Assembly: GCF_009914755.1 (NCBI RefSeq)
Contig: NC_060925.1
DNA length: 64,000 nucleotides
Direction: 5' to 3' (one strand)
Source of the DNA: the human T2T-CHM13v2.0 reference genome, Homo sapiens
Within the stretch, counting starts at the first letter, position 1; each line of letters opens with the position of its first letter. This document shows, piece by piece, positions 45,944 through 60,769 of this stretch. A program made the position numbers and the translations under genes. The notes under the pieces were generated by a model. That model saw nothing but the letters and a program-made list of their open reading frames with translations. It did no database searches and had not been told where the DNA came from.

Positions 45944-46445
45944 TGTGATATCGGGCAGACTGCAAAACATGGCCACAAATTCATATAAATACACCTTAGA
46001 GGTGGAGTCTGCTTTCTCACCTCTTGAATCTGGGATGCTCATGGGATTTGTTTTGACAAGCAAAATGCAACAAAAATGATGTTACATGAATTCCAAGGCT
46101 AGGCCTTAGGCTTTGCGGCTTCTGGTTCCCTGCTTTCGGAATGCTGTCCTGAGACCACCCTGTGAAGAAGCTGGTCTGGCCTTTGCCTGCATGTGAGGCC
46201 ACATGGAGGAGAACTGAGGTACCCCAGCCAGGAGCCTGTCTGTACCAGATGTGCGAGTGCAGCCATCCCAGACCCTGCAGCCCAACCCACCCTGCACCTG
46301 AATGCAAGCACATGACTGGGCCAGGCAAAATCAGCAGGGAGACCAGCCAGCCAACCCTCAGAGTCATGAAAATTTAATAAATCATCATTTTCTGAGCCAT
46401 GAAGTTTTGAGAAGGTTTGTCATGTAGCAAAGGCTAACTCAGCAA
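45944..46445 (+). mobile_element. MLT1G/H-like MaLR LTR
   Basis: TG start, 'aaacatggccacaaattc..cttgaatctgg..gaattccaaggctaggcc..gagccatgaagttttgagaaggtttgtcatgtagcaa..ca' end. Confidence 0.85.
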
Positions 46446-46669
46446 GAACTGTCTTATTCATACTGTATCCCTAGCGCCTAGCAAGATGTCTGGTACATAG
46501 CACTTTGACAGTAAAAATGTATTGGCTGAATGAATAAACAGAAGTGAGATTGAACCAGGGAGACCCCCTGGAAGATGCTGGCTAACTTTACAATATATCA
46601 TAGAATACAGTCCATGTGACACATTCTGGAATTCTGGAATAGAAGATAATTTAAGAACACTAGCATTCT

Positions 46670-46965
46670 AGTCTGGGTGCAGTGGCTTATGCCTGCAATC
46701 CCACCACTTTGGGAGGTCGAGACGGGCAGATAGCTTGAGCCATGAGTTTGAGACCAGCCTGGGCAACATGGCAAGACCCCATCTCTATTGAAAGTACAAA
46801 AAGTTAGCCAGATGTGGTGGCACGCATCTGTAGTCCCAGCTACTCAAGAGGCTGAGGTGAGAAGATCACTTGCTCTTGGGAGGTAGAGGCTGCAGTGAGC
46901 CGTGATCATGCCACTGCACTCCACCCTGGGGTGACAGAGAAAGATCCTGTCTCAAAAAAAAAAAA
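46670..46965 (+). mobile_element. AluJb
   Basis: Dimeric Alu with A tail; TSD ACTAGCATTCT at 46659-69 and 46968-78. Confidence 0.95.
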
Positions 46966-48495
46966 TTACTAGCATTCTTAATTTTCTGTAGTTTCTTTCA
47001 AGTTTGTATCAGCTTAATTTCAGAGTATGTTATAAAGTCATTTGTTGACATTTAAATTTTTCTTTATGTTCTTTCTTAGGCTCTTTAACCTATCATTTGT
47101 AATTTATCTTGACATAATTTCATATTTGTTTGTGTAATTAATTGATCATATCTATCTCTCCCCTAGATTGTAAACTCTGAAAGGACAGGGACCCTGTCTG
47201 ATTTTGCTTATGGTTGTAACGCTTGTTCTGGCTCATAGCAGAATGGACTGAATTTAAAATGTGGGTTTCTTTATTTTAATTTCTAGTTTCCTTAGGTTGG
47301 TATTAAACTCTAATCTGCATTTTCACATTTTCCTGCTTCAATTTTGAATCAGAGAATGGTAAAGGTGATAGGGCCTTAGAACATCTCTTTTCCAGGGAAG
47401 TAAAGTTCAAAGGATAGCATACCTCCCATTGTCACACAGCTAGTTTATAGCAGGGTCAGGACTTGAGGTCATGTCTTCACTGGCACTGATTTTACATTCT
47501 TTCAAAGTGTATAGACCCTACAGCCCCCATTGTACAGATGGGCAAACTGTGCTAGAACCAACGCCAGATGGCAGATTACTTATCTCTCAGCTGAAGGCTG
47601 TCTTCATGTGCCCAAGCTGACTCCAGGGTTAAGCTTCTGACAGCTCCAAGTATTTTTTTTCTCTTTTATGTTGCTCTCAAATATATTTCTATCCCTGTCA
47701 GACCATCCCCCTTGTTCCCATTTAACCTGAGAAAGTTAAACCCACTTTTGATCATTATGTGAAAATCTGAAGCAAAGTGCTTCCTTCAAGGCAGATGTTT
47801 GGAAATGCTGAGCTGCAGGCGTTCAACTTGTCAAGTAACTTTTCAAATGATAAAAAAAGGGGAAATGTAGGTCAGAAAGCAATAAACTATATTCATATCC
47901 AATATATCCTTCTGGTTAAGGAGGCGACTTTGAATCTCCACCTTTCACTAAAATGAAACAAAAATCCAAATCCAACCTAAAGCATTACAGCTTTAAGTAC
48001 TGAAAGTATTTATTGTTTCTATTCAAGTAATCCAAAAGCATAATCTCAAGAACATCCATGCTCCAGGAATGTCTCAAAACACCATGGATTTGATGTGATT
48101 CCTTTATCCAGATGTTTGTAAAAATGATTCAGAATGGCATGAGGGGAATTAAAGATTTATTTTTAATATCTGAAAAAGTCATATTTCTAATAACAGTGAG
48201 CCTTAAAAATGTGGCCCCAGTTTTTGCTGCCTGTCTGATTTTTCTCATTATCATTTCTTAAATAACAGCTCTGCTCCAAATGATCAGCCTATAAGTTTCC
48301 AAACATAAATATTTAGGTATTGGAAAGACAAAGCGGGTGAGGTACTTTCATTGTAACATTGATGTTCACGTCGACTTCATTTCAAGAGATGTTTTTCACC
48401 CAATGAGTAAACTATAGGCAAATCTCACAAAAGATCGCTTCTTGAGGGGCAAAATCTCTAACTAACTGCCCAAGTGTCCCAGTCTTGGAGAGTAG

Positions 48496-48870
<375 letters not shown>

Positions 48871-49509
48871 TAAGTAACACCAAACATTCCACAGTTAATG
48901 TATTCATTACCTTGTGTTCGGACATCCAACATAAGATACCTGTGAGTCATGAACATCTTATTATTTGAAGGCCTCTCCTTCATCCATTATCCCCTCACTT
49001 GTGGAAAAGGATATTCTAAAACACGCTAGATTTTGTAAGTTGACCAAGTTTACCTGATGGAGAAGATACATTTCAGATTCTACTGGCAGAGAGAAATTCA
49101 AAATTAGGTCATCTCATGGTTACAAGTTGTATCTATAACAGAAACTAAAAGGTCTCAGAGATCATACACATTTTTCTGGTGGAGAACCCTCACTTTAAAG
49201 GGACCTGCTGTGAAACATTCTTTACACTCAAAATAAAAATATATATATACTGAATATTTCTATGGAAACGGAAGTTTTGATATAAAATAATATACAGTAG
49301 CTGGGTTAAATCTAAGATCTGTGCTCCCCCCAGGATGAATATTTGTGATTTTAGAGGATGACCCCCTGTGTATTGTGATGTTAAGGAAACTCAGAAGTCC
49401 TCCCTAAGCCTCTAAATCTTTCAGTTTGCTGTTTCTTGAAATTGATTTGTCAGAATTCAGTCTCTATTTTAAGATTTGGAGACTTCTAAGATACAAATAC
49501 TTCGTTTTT

Positions 49510-49730
49510 TTCTTTGGCTAGCATTTATATGGTGGTGACTTCCTGCCAGGCATTACTGTAATGCTTTATGAGTATTAATTAATCCTCCCAGAAAGTTTCT
49601 GACTTGGGTACCAATGTTGTCCCCATTTGCAGATGAGGAACATGGGCACAGAGAGGCCATGTAACACAAAGCAGGTCACAGAATCATATGTGCAGCCAGG
49701 CTGGATGCCTTCCCCACTACACTGCACTGC
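49510..49730 (-). mobile_element. MIR
   Basis: 'ctagcatttat..tgccaggca..ccccatttgcagatgaggaaca..ggcacagagagg'. Confidence 0.75.
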
Positions 49731-52423
49731 CAATCTCAGCCTGTGGCAGCACCAGGCGAATAATTTTAGGAAACTTCCCCCAGCCTAGCACAAGGCTCGG
49801 GAGGGACAAGGGGCTAGCAGATTACAAAACGTGACAGCACTGGGCAGGAATAAAGTGGATGGGTAGAAAGAGGTGCCTAAAACAGGATGAAAAGAACAAA
49901 AGAGAAGGTGTGAATAATGAAGACAAAATTTGCTTATTTCTTAATTACAACAGCAGTGGAGACAGAACTGTCACAATGGTCACCCTTGGAATCACAGGTA
50001 GGACCCTTAATGATAGAATCCAATCCCTCATTTTTACCGAAGAGTCAAACAGAGACTGACAGAGCAGACTGAAGACAAGGGAAAGGACGTTTCTGAGATT
50101 TCACAGCTGATCAGTAGGCAAGCCAGGACTGGGCTCCATTACCCTGATTCTGGGTCCAGGGTCCATTCCTCTGAAAGCATTCTTATGCACTCCACTTCAC
50201 TGAGGGGCTGGAAGAAGCTCAGCAAAAAGGAATCTTTTTTCTCTTTGTGCTTTGCCTTGTAAATGTTTGCTGCCTGGATGGTATTTGGTTAGACAATGAC
50301 ACAGTGTAAGAGAATGTTCTTCCTACTATTCACAACGATCATTTCCTTATAGATGTATTTTCTGGGAAGAGAGCAGTACCTTATTCTCTACCTTACATTA
50401 CTTTTTTGGGAGCAGATAATGCAGCAGAGGCTAGAAGCAGAATTCACTGTCACTATCCCATATCAAAAAGATACTATGCATTTCTGAAGAGCATCAGAGG
50501 GGCCAGGTGAAACCGTGTGGGCTGAAGAGAGGGAAGAAATGATGAACATAGTTGGAAATGAAAAGTATTCAACTATAAATTAACATAAACCCAGGGGTCA
50601 TCTTGCATGCACTCCTAGCAATAAGAGACTCCACAATGTGGATGAACAAGTGAAAAAAAAGTAATCAAAGGTAAGAAAGAGACATATGTGAGGCATTAAG
50701 CATCGAGTACAGAGGCAGCCAGGGAAGATTACTGAACAAAGTCCAGGGAGTGTAAAAAAAGATAAGGAAGGCAAAGGTAGTGAATGAAAAAGAGATTGCA
50801 CTGAAGGTTAAGATAAATAATGGGGAAAATTTCAAGTGTGTAAGGAACATAGGGGTCATTGAAGGCGATAGTTGGATGGTGAAGAATTGGAGGGTAATTT
50901 AAAAAGAGGTAGATGTAGCTAAAAAAAATAATGTAATTATTTAATTATTTAAAAAAATATTTTTTTGCCTTGGAATTCTCAGAAGATGGGGGACAAATGT
51001 TAGAAGCAGACATGCATTTCCTAAAAGAAACCAAAGAAACTAAAGAAATAACGAATAACACGATTACATCACCACAAGAGATTCAGAAATTAAGACTTGG
51101 GAAATAAAGCATTAGAGAATTCAATTCCAGGCAGAACGTATACAAACACATGTGAATAATGAATAACAGGAACTTAAGAAATAAGAATTTGAAAAACCAA
51201 ACTTTTGGGGGAAAAACAGTTTCATGATAAGTGGTTGGTGCTATTTTTTGCTGCTCTTACAACACTAGAGTCATCTTCTTAATTTCTCTCCCTCTTTTGC
51301 TTCTCAGTTTCCTTTCACAGATATTTATTGAAAGCCTGCTAATTCTAGGCATTATGCTATATTTTAGGAGGTACATGGATGAATAACATATTTTCTATGG
51401 CCCTGCCTTGGCAAGTTTGCATTTTGGTAGAGTGGACATACTGTATCATGAATGGTTGCATGACTCAGCCACATACTGAGGTACTGTGAGGGCTGAGGGG
51501 TGCAGGAAATAGAGGCTCCGGAGGTCATTTTGGATTGGGACAATCAAATTCCACCTGTAGGGAGGAAATGAATGACATAATGCTTGTGCGCACTGTAAAG
51601 AACAATCCTTCCAGAGTGCTTGGTTTTCTTGTGTTTTGTGTAATGTTTAAAGAGTCAGATATGAGTGGTGTGGGTTACATAGAGGGAGATTGTCTAGGAA
51701 CCTGTATCATCACATTATGTGGGATAACTTCTGCAAATGCTTGGGGGACCCACTTGTAGATGAGCCTGGGGAACTAGTTGTGTTACTGATCCTGAGATCC
51801 GGAGAGGGGGTGACATTTGGCCCACAGGGAAAGAGGTGAAGCGGCTAAGTCAAGCACTTTTGCCCTCCTCCAAAGATTAAGGGAAGCCCTGCAGGGGTTG
51901 AAGAGCGAGCACTGAGGGGGCAGAAGGAGGATCAAAGGTGGCCAGTAAGGACAATAAAACTCCAAGTGCTTGCTGAAGAGAGGCAGGTAATTTGATTATC
52001 CAACTCAGTGTAGTGACAAATAAGGTAATGAGGCTAGGGACAAGAAATCTAGAGGCAAGACAGATCTTCCTTGGTCATGGGCAATAGATTTGAGAGGATA
52101 AATCCAAGTGCACAGGCGGATAAAATGTTAATGTCTTTGGCACCAGGTTCTGGAGCAATAAAATAAATCAAACGTTATTCTGGATTGCATAAATAGAGGG
52201 ACTGTGAACAAGTCCAAGGTAATTAGCTCAGAGTTATAAAAGGAAATGGTGAGTAGTGTTTGACCAAGGAAACTGGGGGAAATGCCTGCTGAGGCTTTCT
52301 CATCCCCTACTTTGCTCTCTCCATTGCTTTTGTTCACTGAATTTAACCTTGACTGGGGTTCTCTGCATCTCCAGCCCTCCGCACCTGAAGACAAACATGT
52401 ATTACATGTGTTAGTAAGACTAG

Positions 52424-52774
<351 letters not shown>

Positions 52775-55735
52775 TAGGGAGGAAGGGCTGGAGTGAGAAG
52801 CTTGGATCACTGAAACCCTGTTCCATCCTTTCTTATTCTGATACGCTGTCCTAGGAGCCAGGTACTTCATGCCATCCAAGAATCCTTCCTTTAGAACATT
52901 TTCCAATGCTATAAAATTTAGATTCAAGAAACCAATGATTGATTTCTTCTTTTCAGACTGTCCTCTATTAGTACCAGTTACCAAAGAACATTTTCTTAGA
53001 AAGAAAATGGTCATCATCACGTACAACTAAGTTATTATTTATTAGTTACCAAAAGGAAAGTTGCTACAACATTTAAATTCAAATCAAAACTAATGACTTC
53101 CTTCATTAAAGAATTTCTCTTGTATTCAGGGTTTTTTTTTTTTTAACTGCTTACTGGCATAAATGTTCAAGTTTCGATTTCTTACAATGAAACTCTCTTA
53201 ACATTTATTCCTCAAACAATAATTATGTGTAAATAGACCAGAGGTGCATATGTGCCTGTAAGTGCATACTGTTCCCAACAGCAGTCAAAAATAAATATCT
53301 TTGGATCAATCAGGTTTTAAAAAAAGAAAATGATAGGGAAAAGGGAAGTCGTTTATCTAACCTTAGCCAAGCTATCATCTACATTCCTTGTTTACACCTG
53401 ATAATACATCCATAATTAAGCATTGAACTTATTCCTTTAAGGTCAGGTTGCAAAGGAGTCAGGGCATCAGGAAAAATTTCACATGGGAAATTCACTTTAT
53501 ACCTAGAGCCGGGTGTGTGTCTTGGCTGAGAGAACAAGCTGTCTCAGGTGTGGTGGCCCCTAGGTATTCTGTTGGAGATCCGAGGTTACTGGTTTAATAT
53601 TAGCTTTGGGCATATTAGCTTGGCTACAGGAGCCCCTAAAGCTACCCTCTCTCTAGGAGGCAAGTTTATTTTGTAATAAATGTGTGAGGGACATGTTTAG
53701 ATAATTCTTTTAGTTGGAGTGACAGGGAGGAGGAACGGGAAGGGACTGAAATTTTAATGTAGGCCAGTATCTCTAGGGAATGTAAAAAATGTCCAAGTTT
53801 CATGTCCAGAAGCTGTAGGGGATTTTAATGCCAGTGAGCTCATTTTAGACTCTACCCTCCTCATTGGAAGGCCTCTGGGCACATGTCTGGAATGTAGAAG
53901 GAAAGGCAGTGATATGCTTCACCCATGGGCGGAGCCCTAAGATCTCCATTTAGAAAAACAAGCCCCAATTAGAAAAACCAAAATCAGTCGTTGCTCATGC
54001 GCCTAATTTATTTATTTTGTACCTACTGTGTGCCAAACTAACTGCAAACATTGTGGAAGATTCTAGGTAGCTCATTTTAAAGAGCCTAGCAACACAGATG
54101 CATATATAAAAGTAATTCAAATACACCCAAAGCTATAATATTAGTGGGAGAATGGAATGACAGACTCATGCCTACAAATTATGGTTCATTTATCCCTTTC
54201 TTTACTCTTCATTCTATTGCACACCAATCTTACAACAAAACTGTGCCCAAAAATGGCAGAGTAGTTTTGCAGAAAAAGCACCATTCTCCCCCATGTATGC
54301 AGTAGGGCGATGAAATAATGCAACTGGTTTTATCTGAGCAATGGAACAAATCCTTCCCATTGATTATGATTGTGTCATGCACAAATTCGCCAGTCGTTGA
54401 GTCCTGCAGCTAGATTTCAGAGATCATTTTGCCTGTAGAGACAAGCCCAGGTAGTGAGGCTGTGTGCTATATTTTGAATCTTGAGAGCAGAAGTTTCCAC
54501 AGCCTTCCCGAGTTGTCTATTTCAGCCTAGAACAATTGTCATCTCAAGAAAATTATCTGTGTATGGTTGAAGTCCCTCAGGCTACTGGTTAATTTTATCG
54601 CAGCCTTCAGACCCCAGAGCTTAAGCTGCCCCCTTTTTTTCTACCCTAGCAAATGGGGAATCCTTTGCCAGACATGCAGCCTTTTTTGAAATTATAAATA
54701 AGTTGATAACTATAGGACTGACCCAATTACTGCTACGTGAACTGGGTGAGTCCAAGCCATGTCCTATTGCAGAAACCAGGGGCTGGTGTCAGGATCTCAG
54801 GTAGAGAGAAGGTAAAAACAACACACTTAGCTGTGTGCTGGGGCGATCTTGCCTGGAAGTCAGTGGGGTGGAACGGGCTGGGCGAGCCTCCTTGTCAGGC
54901 CTCCAGCAGCCCTTTTCAGAGTGTGAGCAGACCTTACAAAGAGGCACTGACCTCGCCTTTCAGTTGACGAGCATCTTGCCATGATAACTCACCCCAAGGG
55001 GATTTCTTTACAGTGATGTATGGTAAAGGTCAGTCTGAATCAGGAGGAAGTCAGAGGCGGGGGAGGAGTTTAAGAAATGCGATTGTATGACTTTGGAGAG
55101 CACACGATAACTCAAGTACATGAACTGAGTTCTGTTTGGTGTCGAAAGGACCTCCTTGAATGAAACAATTAGGGATTTATAAAGAAGACACATCAGCCAT
55201 CTTACACAAATAGTGTTTATAAGGATGTAGGACTTAGATGAAATTATTCTACTCTCTTAAATGTGGTAGATACCCCTTAAAACATTTAAACTTGCAATTT
55301 ATGCCAGTTTATGAGGCATGAGTTTGCTTAAATAAAAGTAAATTTTCTAGATGGTTAGAAGGATCACAACTTGTAAAATAGTGGAGATTGAATGAATGAG
55401 ATATCACTATTTTCATGTTAAGATTCTGACTAGCTAGATTCAGAAAACCCCTAAAAGATAGATTCTACTGAATTCCTATTAATGTGGCTGGAACTGGACT
55501 GAAATTTCTAAGAAAACATTTACCAAATCTCTTACTGGTATAAATAAGGTATGTTGGAGGGAGAACCCAATGTTTCTAGGTCTTTCCCGGAACTTCTTTT
55601 TATGACCCCCACTCCCCTCGAGACACACTTTAAAGGAATAAATAGTTTCATAGATGTGTGAGGAGGGTAAGGGATAAATAATAAAAGATAGCTCTCAGGT
55701 GCTTAGCCTGTGTGCCTAGAAAAAAAAAAAATTAG

Positions 55736-56072
<337 letters not shown>

Positions 56073-56089
56073 CAGAGTTAACTTTTCCA

Positions 56090-56830
56090 AAGCATGACTT
56101 TAATCATAGCTCCCCTGCGCATAGATGTTCTGTGGCTCAAGATTCCCCACCAAATAGAATGAAACCGTCAGCCTGGGTCTCTTCATTTCCCATCTCATCA
56201 GCCTCCTGCTCCCTTTAAGTAACCTCAACTCCAACCAAACTGGTCTATTTCCCAATGCCCAAGCTCACTGTGGTCTTTTCCATCACAGCCCTTTTACTAA
56301 TGATCTGCCTCTATTTTTGCCTGTCAAATCTTTGCTTTCAATCCAATTCAATTTGATTCCTTCGTTTGGTCACTTATTCAATCCTGTTCATTCAGTAACC
56401 CTTCCATAAGTAGCCACCAATTGGTGAGCTACAGCATCCGAGAAGTGTTCCCTGAATTTCCCAGCTAGAAGTAGCCTGTCCACCCTCGCTAATATGTTAG
56501 TGTTTTATACCACTCTGAGATTTATTATAGGCTGCAAGGCAGGTCCTAGCTCTGCCAAGTGCACTGTCTAAACCTCTGTTGCCCCATTTGTAAACTATTG
56601 ATTCCTTTCTCATGGGATTATTGGGTTATTGTGAGGATTAAATGTATGCAAAGTGCTTAGCATGGCATCAGTGCCCTTTGGGTTACCTGTTATTGCTCTT
56701 ACTATTACTATTTATTGTGTTTTTATACCTCATTGAAATCTCATTGAGACAAGAGCTGTGACTTGCAAACCTCTGTATCCCCTTTAGCACCTGTCTCTCA
56801 GAGAGTGTTTACTTCAATCATTTAAGCAAG
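56090..56830 (+). mobile_element. L2 fragments with an embedded MIR (~56535-56710)
   Basis: MIR 'ccccatttgtaaa..ttattgtgaggattaaatgtatgcaaagtgcttagca'; L2 end 'ctctgtatcccctttagcac'. Confidence 0.6.
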
Positions 56831-57034
56831 TTTGTTTGGTTGCAAGATGCAGAGAACTTCTTCCATTACCTCAAGAAAGAAGTGTTGATTATAAGACACC
56901 CTTGGACTGGAATTGAGAACTCATCAGGTTCCTGGGCTACCTCTTCCTCTTGTAGCATTTCAGTTTCTCTCTCTACATCTATTCTGTTCTCTTTTCCCCA
57001 CGAATCACTTCTGCTGGTGGCTTAGAGTCAAGAC

Positions 57035-57922
57035 ACCCTAAATGATTTGCTAGGGCCACTGCAAAATGAATATGAAGCATCCCTTGTTCAAAAAGCAGAA
57101 AAAGGCACCATTAAAGTTATAAAGTTTTCTTTCTCTATTCCTCTCTGTCTCTTTCTGTCTCCACCTATTTGCTATTCAATATTATCCTTCCTCGAGCATG
57201 GAAATACTCACAGGGCAGGTGCAGACCCTCACAGGTGCCTAGGTGCCTGGCCCTGAGACTTGGCACTCACAGCTGGGTTCTCCTTTCTTGCCAGCCACCA
57301 GACAGAAGCCATTCCCCACTAAGGGGTGAGAAAGTCAAGCCAGGCATCCCTCCTTCCCATCAGCCCACAGCTGCAGTCCAAGGCAGACAGGCAATCCCCA
57401 GGACCCAATGGAATAGCAACTTCCATGCATGGTGCACTAGGTACATAGATCAGGGGAGGGCCAAAGACTTGTTCCACTGAATCTCCTACCAAATGAGCTG
57501 TGATGTGGCAGCCTAGGGCAGGGAGAGCCGCCACCTCACCCATGTGCAGATGCCGCAGGTCACAGCAGCCTGACCTTCTCTGGCCTGCACCCAGCTCCCT
57601 GCAGCACACAGGGCAGCTCCCCATGGCACACTGATTGCTGGGTGATGTGGGGAGAGGCAGGGGAGGAGAAGGTAGAAAGAAATGAGCGGGGGGGGGGGGG
57701 GGCGGGGTGGGGAGGGGAGCGCTCTGAGAACACAAGGCAAGAGGGGGCAGCGGGAAGCAGGACCGTGGCTGCTGAGGCTCCGGCCTCAGGAGCATGTTCC
57801 ATTGTCACATGGAATTCACTAACAAAACCCAAGTTTAAAAGAAAGCATTAAATCCAAGCATGGGGTCCTTGTAAACACAGGCCCTTATTTGACCACTGGT
57901 CACATGCCCATGAAGCTGGACT
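57035..57922. mobile_element. MER45B/C-like (hAT-Tip100), long form
   Basis: Same termini as the MER45A at 15162 ('atttgctagggccactgcaaaatgaa..' / '..tgcccatgaagctgg'), with ~700 bp GC-rich interior. Confidence 0.8.
57688..57717 (+). repeat. G15-C-G4-T-G4-A-G4 tract (G-quadruplex motif)
   Basis: Four G runs of 4 or more with 1-nt loops. Confidence 0.9.
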
Positions 57923-58061
57923 TTTTAAAATGGCAGCATACACATGAAAGAGTGTTAATGTCTCAGTCTAGCTCTCTCTAGTATGCCCCTTCTGCTGCAG
58001 CTGCTACTGCTAACAGGTTTATTCTATCAGTTTCCAAACAACATATAACTAAAGAAGAAAT

Positions 58062-58184
58062 CTGATTGGCCCAACTCTTGTTCATCAGTTTTTTGTTCAT
58101 CAGTTTTTTGTTTTGTTTTGTTTTTTAATAAACCATATAGGCCATAGGTTGCTGTCCAGCCAATGGGCTGGCTACTATGGAAAC
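58062..58184. promoter_or_regulatory. Putative NF-Y/RFX promoter-like cluster
   Basis: CTGATTGGC (58062-70), AGCCAATGG (58158-66), X-box-like GCTACTATGGAAAC (58171-84). Confidence 0.35.
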
Positions 58185-58739
58185 AATGCCCCTGCCTGGT
58201 CCATGTTGCATGGCCTCCTTGGTCCACGACTTTGTGGGGCTGAGGAAAGGATAGCAATAATTAAGATCTTTAGTATGGTGTTGAATAAATGTATTTGAAG
58301 GAGTGATTTTGATTGTTTTTAATGGTAAAAAATGAATGAGACCTCTACGTAGCAATGTTTTGTTGCTTAATTCATAGTTATGCTTTATATATGAAAGAGC
58401 ATATATATATGAAAAGGATGAAATGTTTTTGTTAAAATGAATACTTTGGTAAACATTGTATTCAGTCATTTATACTGGCTACCGTGGATTTTGTCTGAAT
58501 TAATGAGGTTTTGGATCATGTAAAATCATGGGCTTTATAGAACATACTTTAGAGATTATCTTATTTAATTCTTATCATTTTACAGATACACAATACATTC
58601 ATTAGGACATGACAGAATAGGGCAATTAAAGCATAATGCCAAAGCCAGGAAGAATAAAGGAACATCTTAATAAATAAAACTGTGGAAACAAGCAAAAACA
58701 ACAACAACAACAACAACAACACATTTTTCGATGTCAAAA

Positions 58740-59580
58740 TAAAAAAAATTAAAAATTTAACAAAAGTATCCAAAATGTAGACAAAGAGGTTAAGATCCTT
58801 AATGTAGAAAATATTCAAATAAGCAATAAGGGAAAAAAATCAATAGAAAGGTAGACAACAGGCATAGAGAATTTACACACACACACATAAACACACACGA
58901 ACACAAATTGCCATTAAAATGTTCAACTTCATTAAAAAAAGAAATTAGAATATAATTTCCATTAAAAATAAAATTAAAACAACAATAAGCATAATTTTTC
59001 TCTCTATTGGCAAAGATGAAAAAGTGATAAAATCCAAATCTGATCTACATGTCTATATGAAACAGAATTACTCATATGTTCAAAAGGATATTTTGGAGCA
59101 GCCTTTTGAAGATCAACTTAACAATATTTATCAAAATACAAAAAATACATGAGTTAGACCCTAAATGTTTTCTTCTAGGTTTGATGCTAAAGAAGCCCAT
59201 ATATATGTGAACAATGGTATAGGTACACAAGGTTTCACTACACTGTTGTTTGTAGATTGACAGATCTGAAAATCTAACAATCCATTAGTAGAAGGAGAGT
59301 TAATTCATGGTACTTTCTTCCATACTATAAAATACTGTGTAGTAAATACAAAGAATAAGAAAGACTGGTATGTACCATCATGGTAAGACATCCAAGTTAT
59401 ATTGTTACATTTAAAGAAGATTTTAAAAAACTACACTGTAAACCCATTATATAAAAACTTTTAATAGACAACTATATATTTGTTAAATATTATATACAAC
59501 AATGTAAAATATATAATGTTATGCTACAATTTTATAACATAGGAATGTTAGCCATGACCCCCTCTCGGCAGTGGGGTGGG
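58740..59580 (+). mobile_element. Ancient L1ME-like 3' region
   Basis: 'aatgttcaacttcatt..aaattaaaacaacaataag..attggcaaag..tccattagtagaagg..ccatactataaaatact'. Confidence 0.7.
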
Positions 59581-60769
59581 AGGGTAGCAGCAGATTGTTC
59601 CTGCTCTCAAGAGCTTATAGTCTAAGAGAGAAAATGAAGCTGGCTGGGACCTCAAAGGATAAACAATATGGTCCAGGGTGCTCTTAGGTACTTACTGAAT
59701 GAAGCATTTCCATGCTCACAAAAACCCTCAGAAGTAAATATTTTATTCCCATTTATCAGATGACCAAACTGAGATCTGTCTAGAAACACAAGGTGGTGCT
59801 AAGTACATGACCAATTATCTCCTCAAGTCCTTAGCCAGCCAGAATTTCACAACTTCCACGTCGCATGGCCCCGGCAGCAGCAGTCCATCACCTCCCCCAG
59901 TGCAAAAGTATCCCAGACATATTCTAATTACAGACAGTATTTGCAGTTATCCAATATTATCTGACAGATAAAAGCTCTAACAGTGGAATTCCTGGGACAA
60001 AGGATGGACATATTTAAAGACATTTGATACATACTAATGTTTACTTATCTAATTATATTTTATAAAAACTAGTTTTTCTGTATGTTTTGCCAGCCAATAT
60101 ATATTTTGTCAAGTTACAATGTACTTGGAGTTCCAAAGGGCATTTTTCTAAGTGAACTCCAATTTGCATGATCACCAAATACACAAAAGCAGGAGAAATA
60201 AATCCAGGGGTGGCACAAGCTAAGGCAAAACCAAAACAAGCCTGCTCTTACGGCAAAGTAGTTAAGCTGTCCTCTTAAGCTCACTCTAGCAGAGTTATTG
60301 CCGCTTATTCATAAGGGCACCAGCAACAGCTGTTCACCTGGCCTACCAAGCTCTCCAAAGGAAGATCTCCGTATGTTGCGGGGAGAGGCACGTGAGCTGG
60401 TTCTTAGTGAGAAGTGTCCTTGTTTCCCAGTTCGTGAGTGATGGGAAGAGAAAAGCTCAGACCCAAGACGTATGGAGGAGAAGCCTCTTCTTTGTTTTAC
60501 AGGGTTCAAAGGGCTCACTCCTACCTGGTTTCATCAGTGAGGTGGGCAAACGAAACAGGTTTGTAAGTCACACCTTTATTGTTGGGCATGCTCAAGTTCC
60601 AGAAGCAACAAGTGACAGAACCAGGCCTGGAACCCAGGGCTTCCTGAAGGATCTTGTCACTGTACATATTGAGTAAAATACAAAAGAAAAAAAGAAGTTC
60701 TGTGAAGTTACAGCAGAGGGAAAATGGGAGGGAGTATAAATTCTTCTAATTTTTGCAAATTTTTATACA

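Noticed and set aside
48911-49053. Possible minus-strand exon (tcttctccatcag| ... AAG|gtaatg)
   Set aside because: Splice-like signals only; no recognisable coding frame or transcript evidence.
50470-52260. Purine-rich stretch resembling very old LINE (L2/L3/L1) remnants
   Set aside because: Too degenerate to assign a family or boundaries by eye.
60485-60570. Strong-looking acceptor ctcttctttgttttacag with nearby donors
   Set aside because: Such motifs occur often by chance in 64 kb; the encoded peptide is not recognisable.
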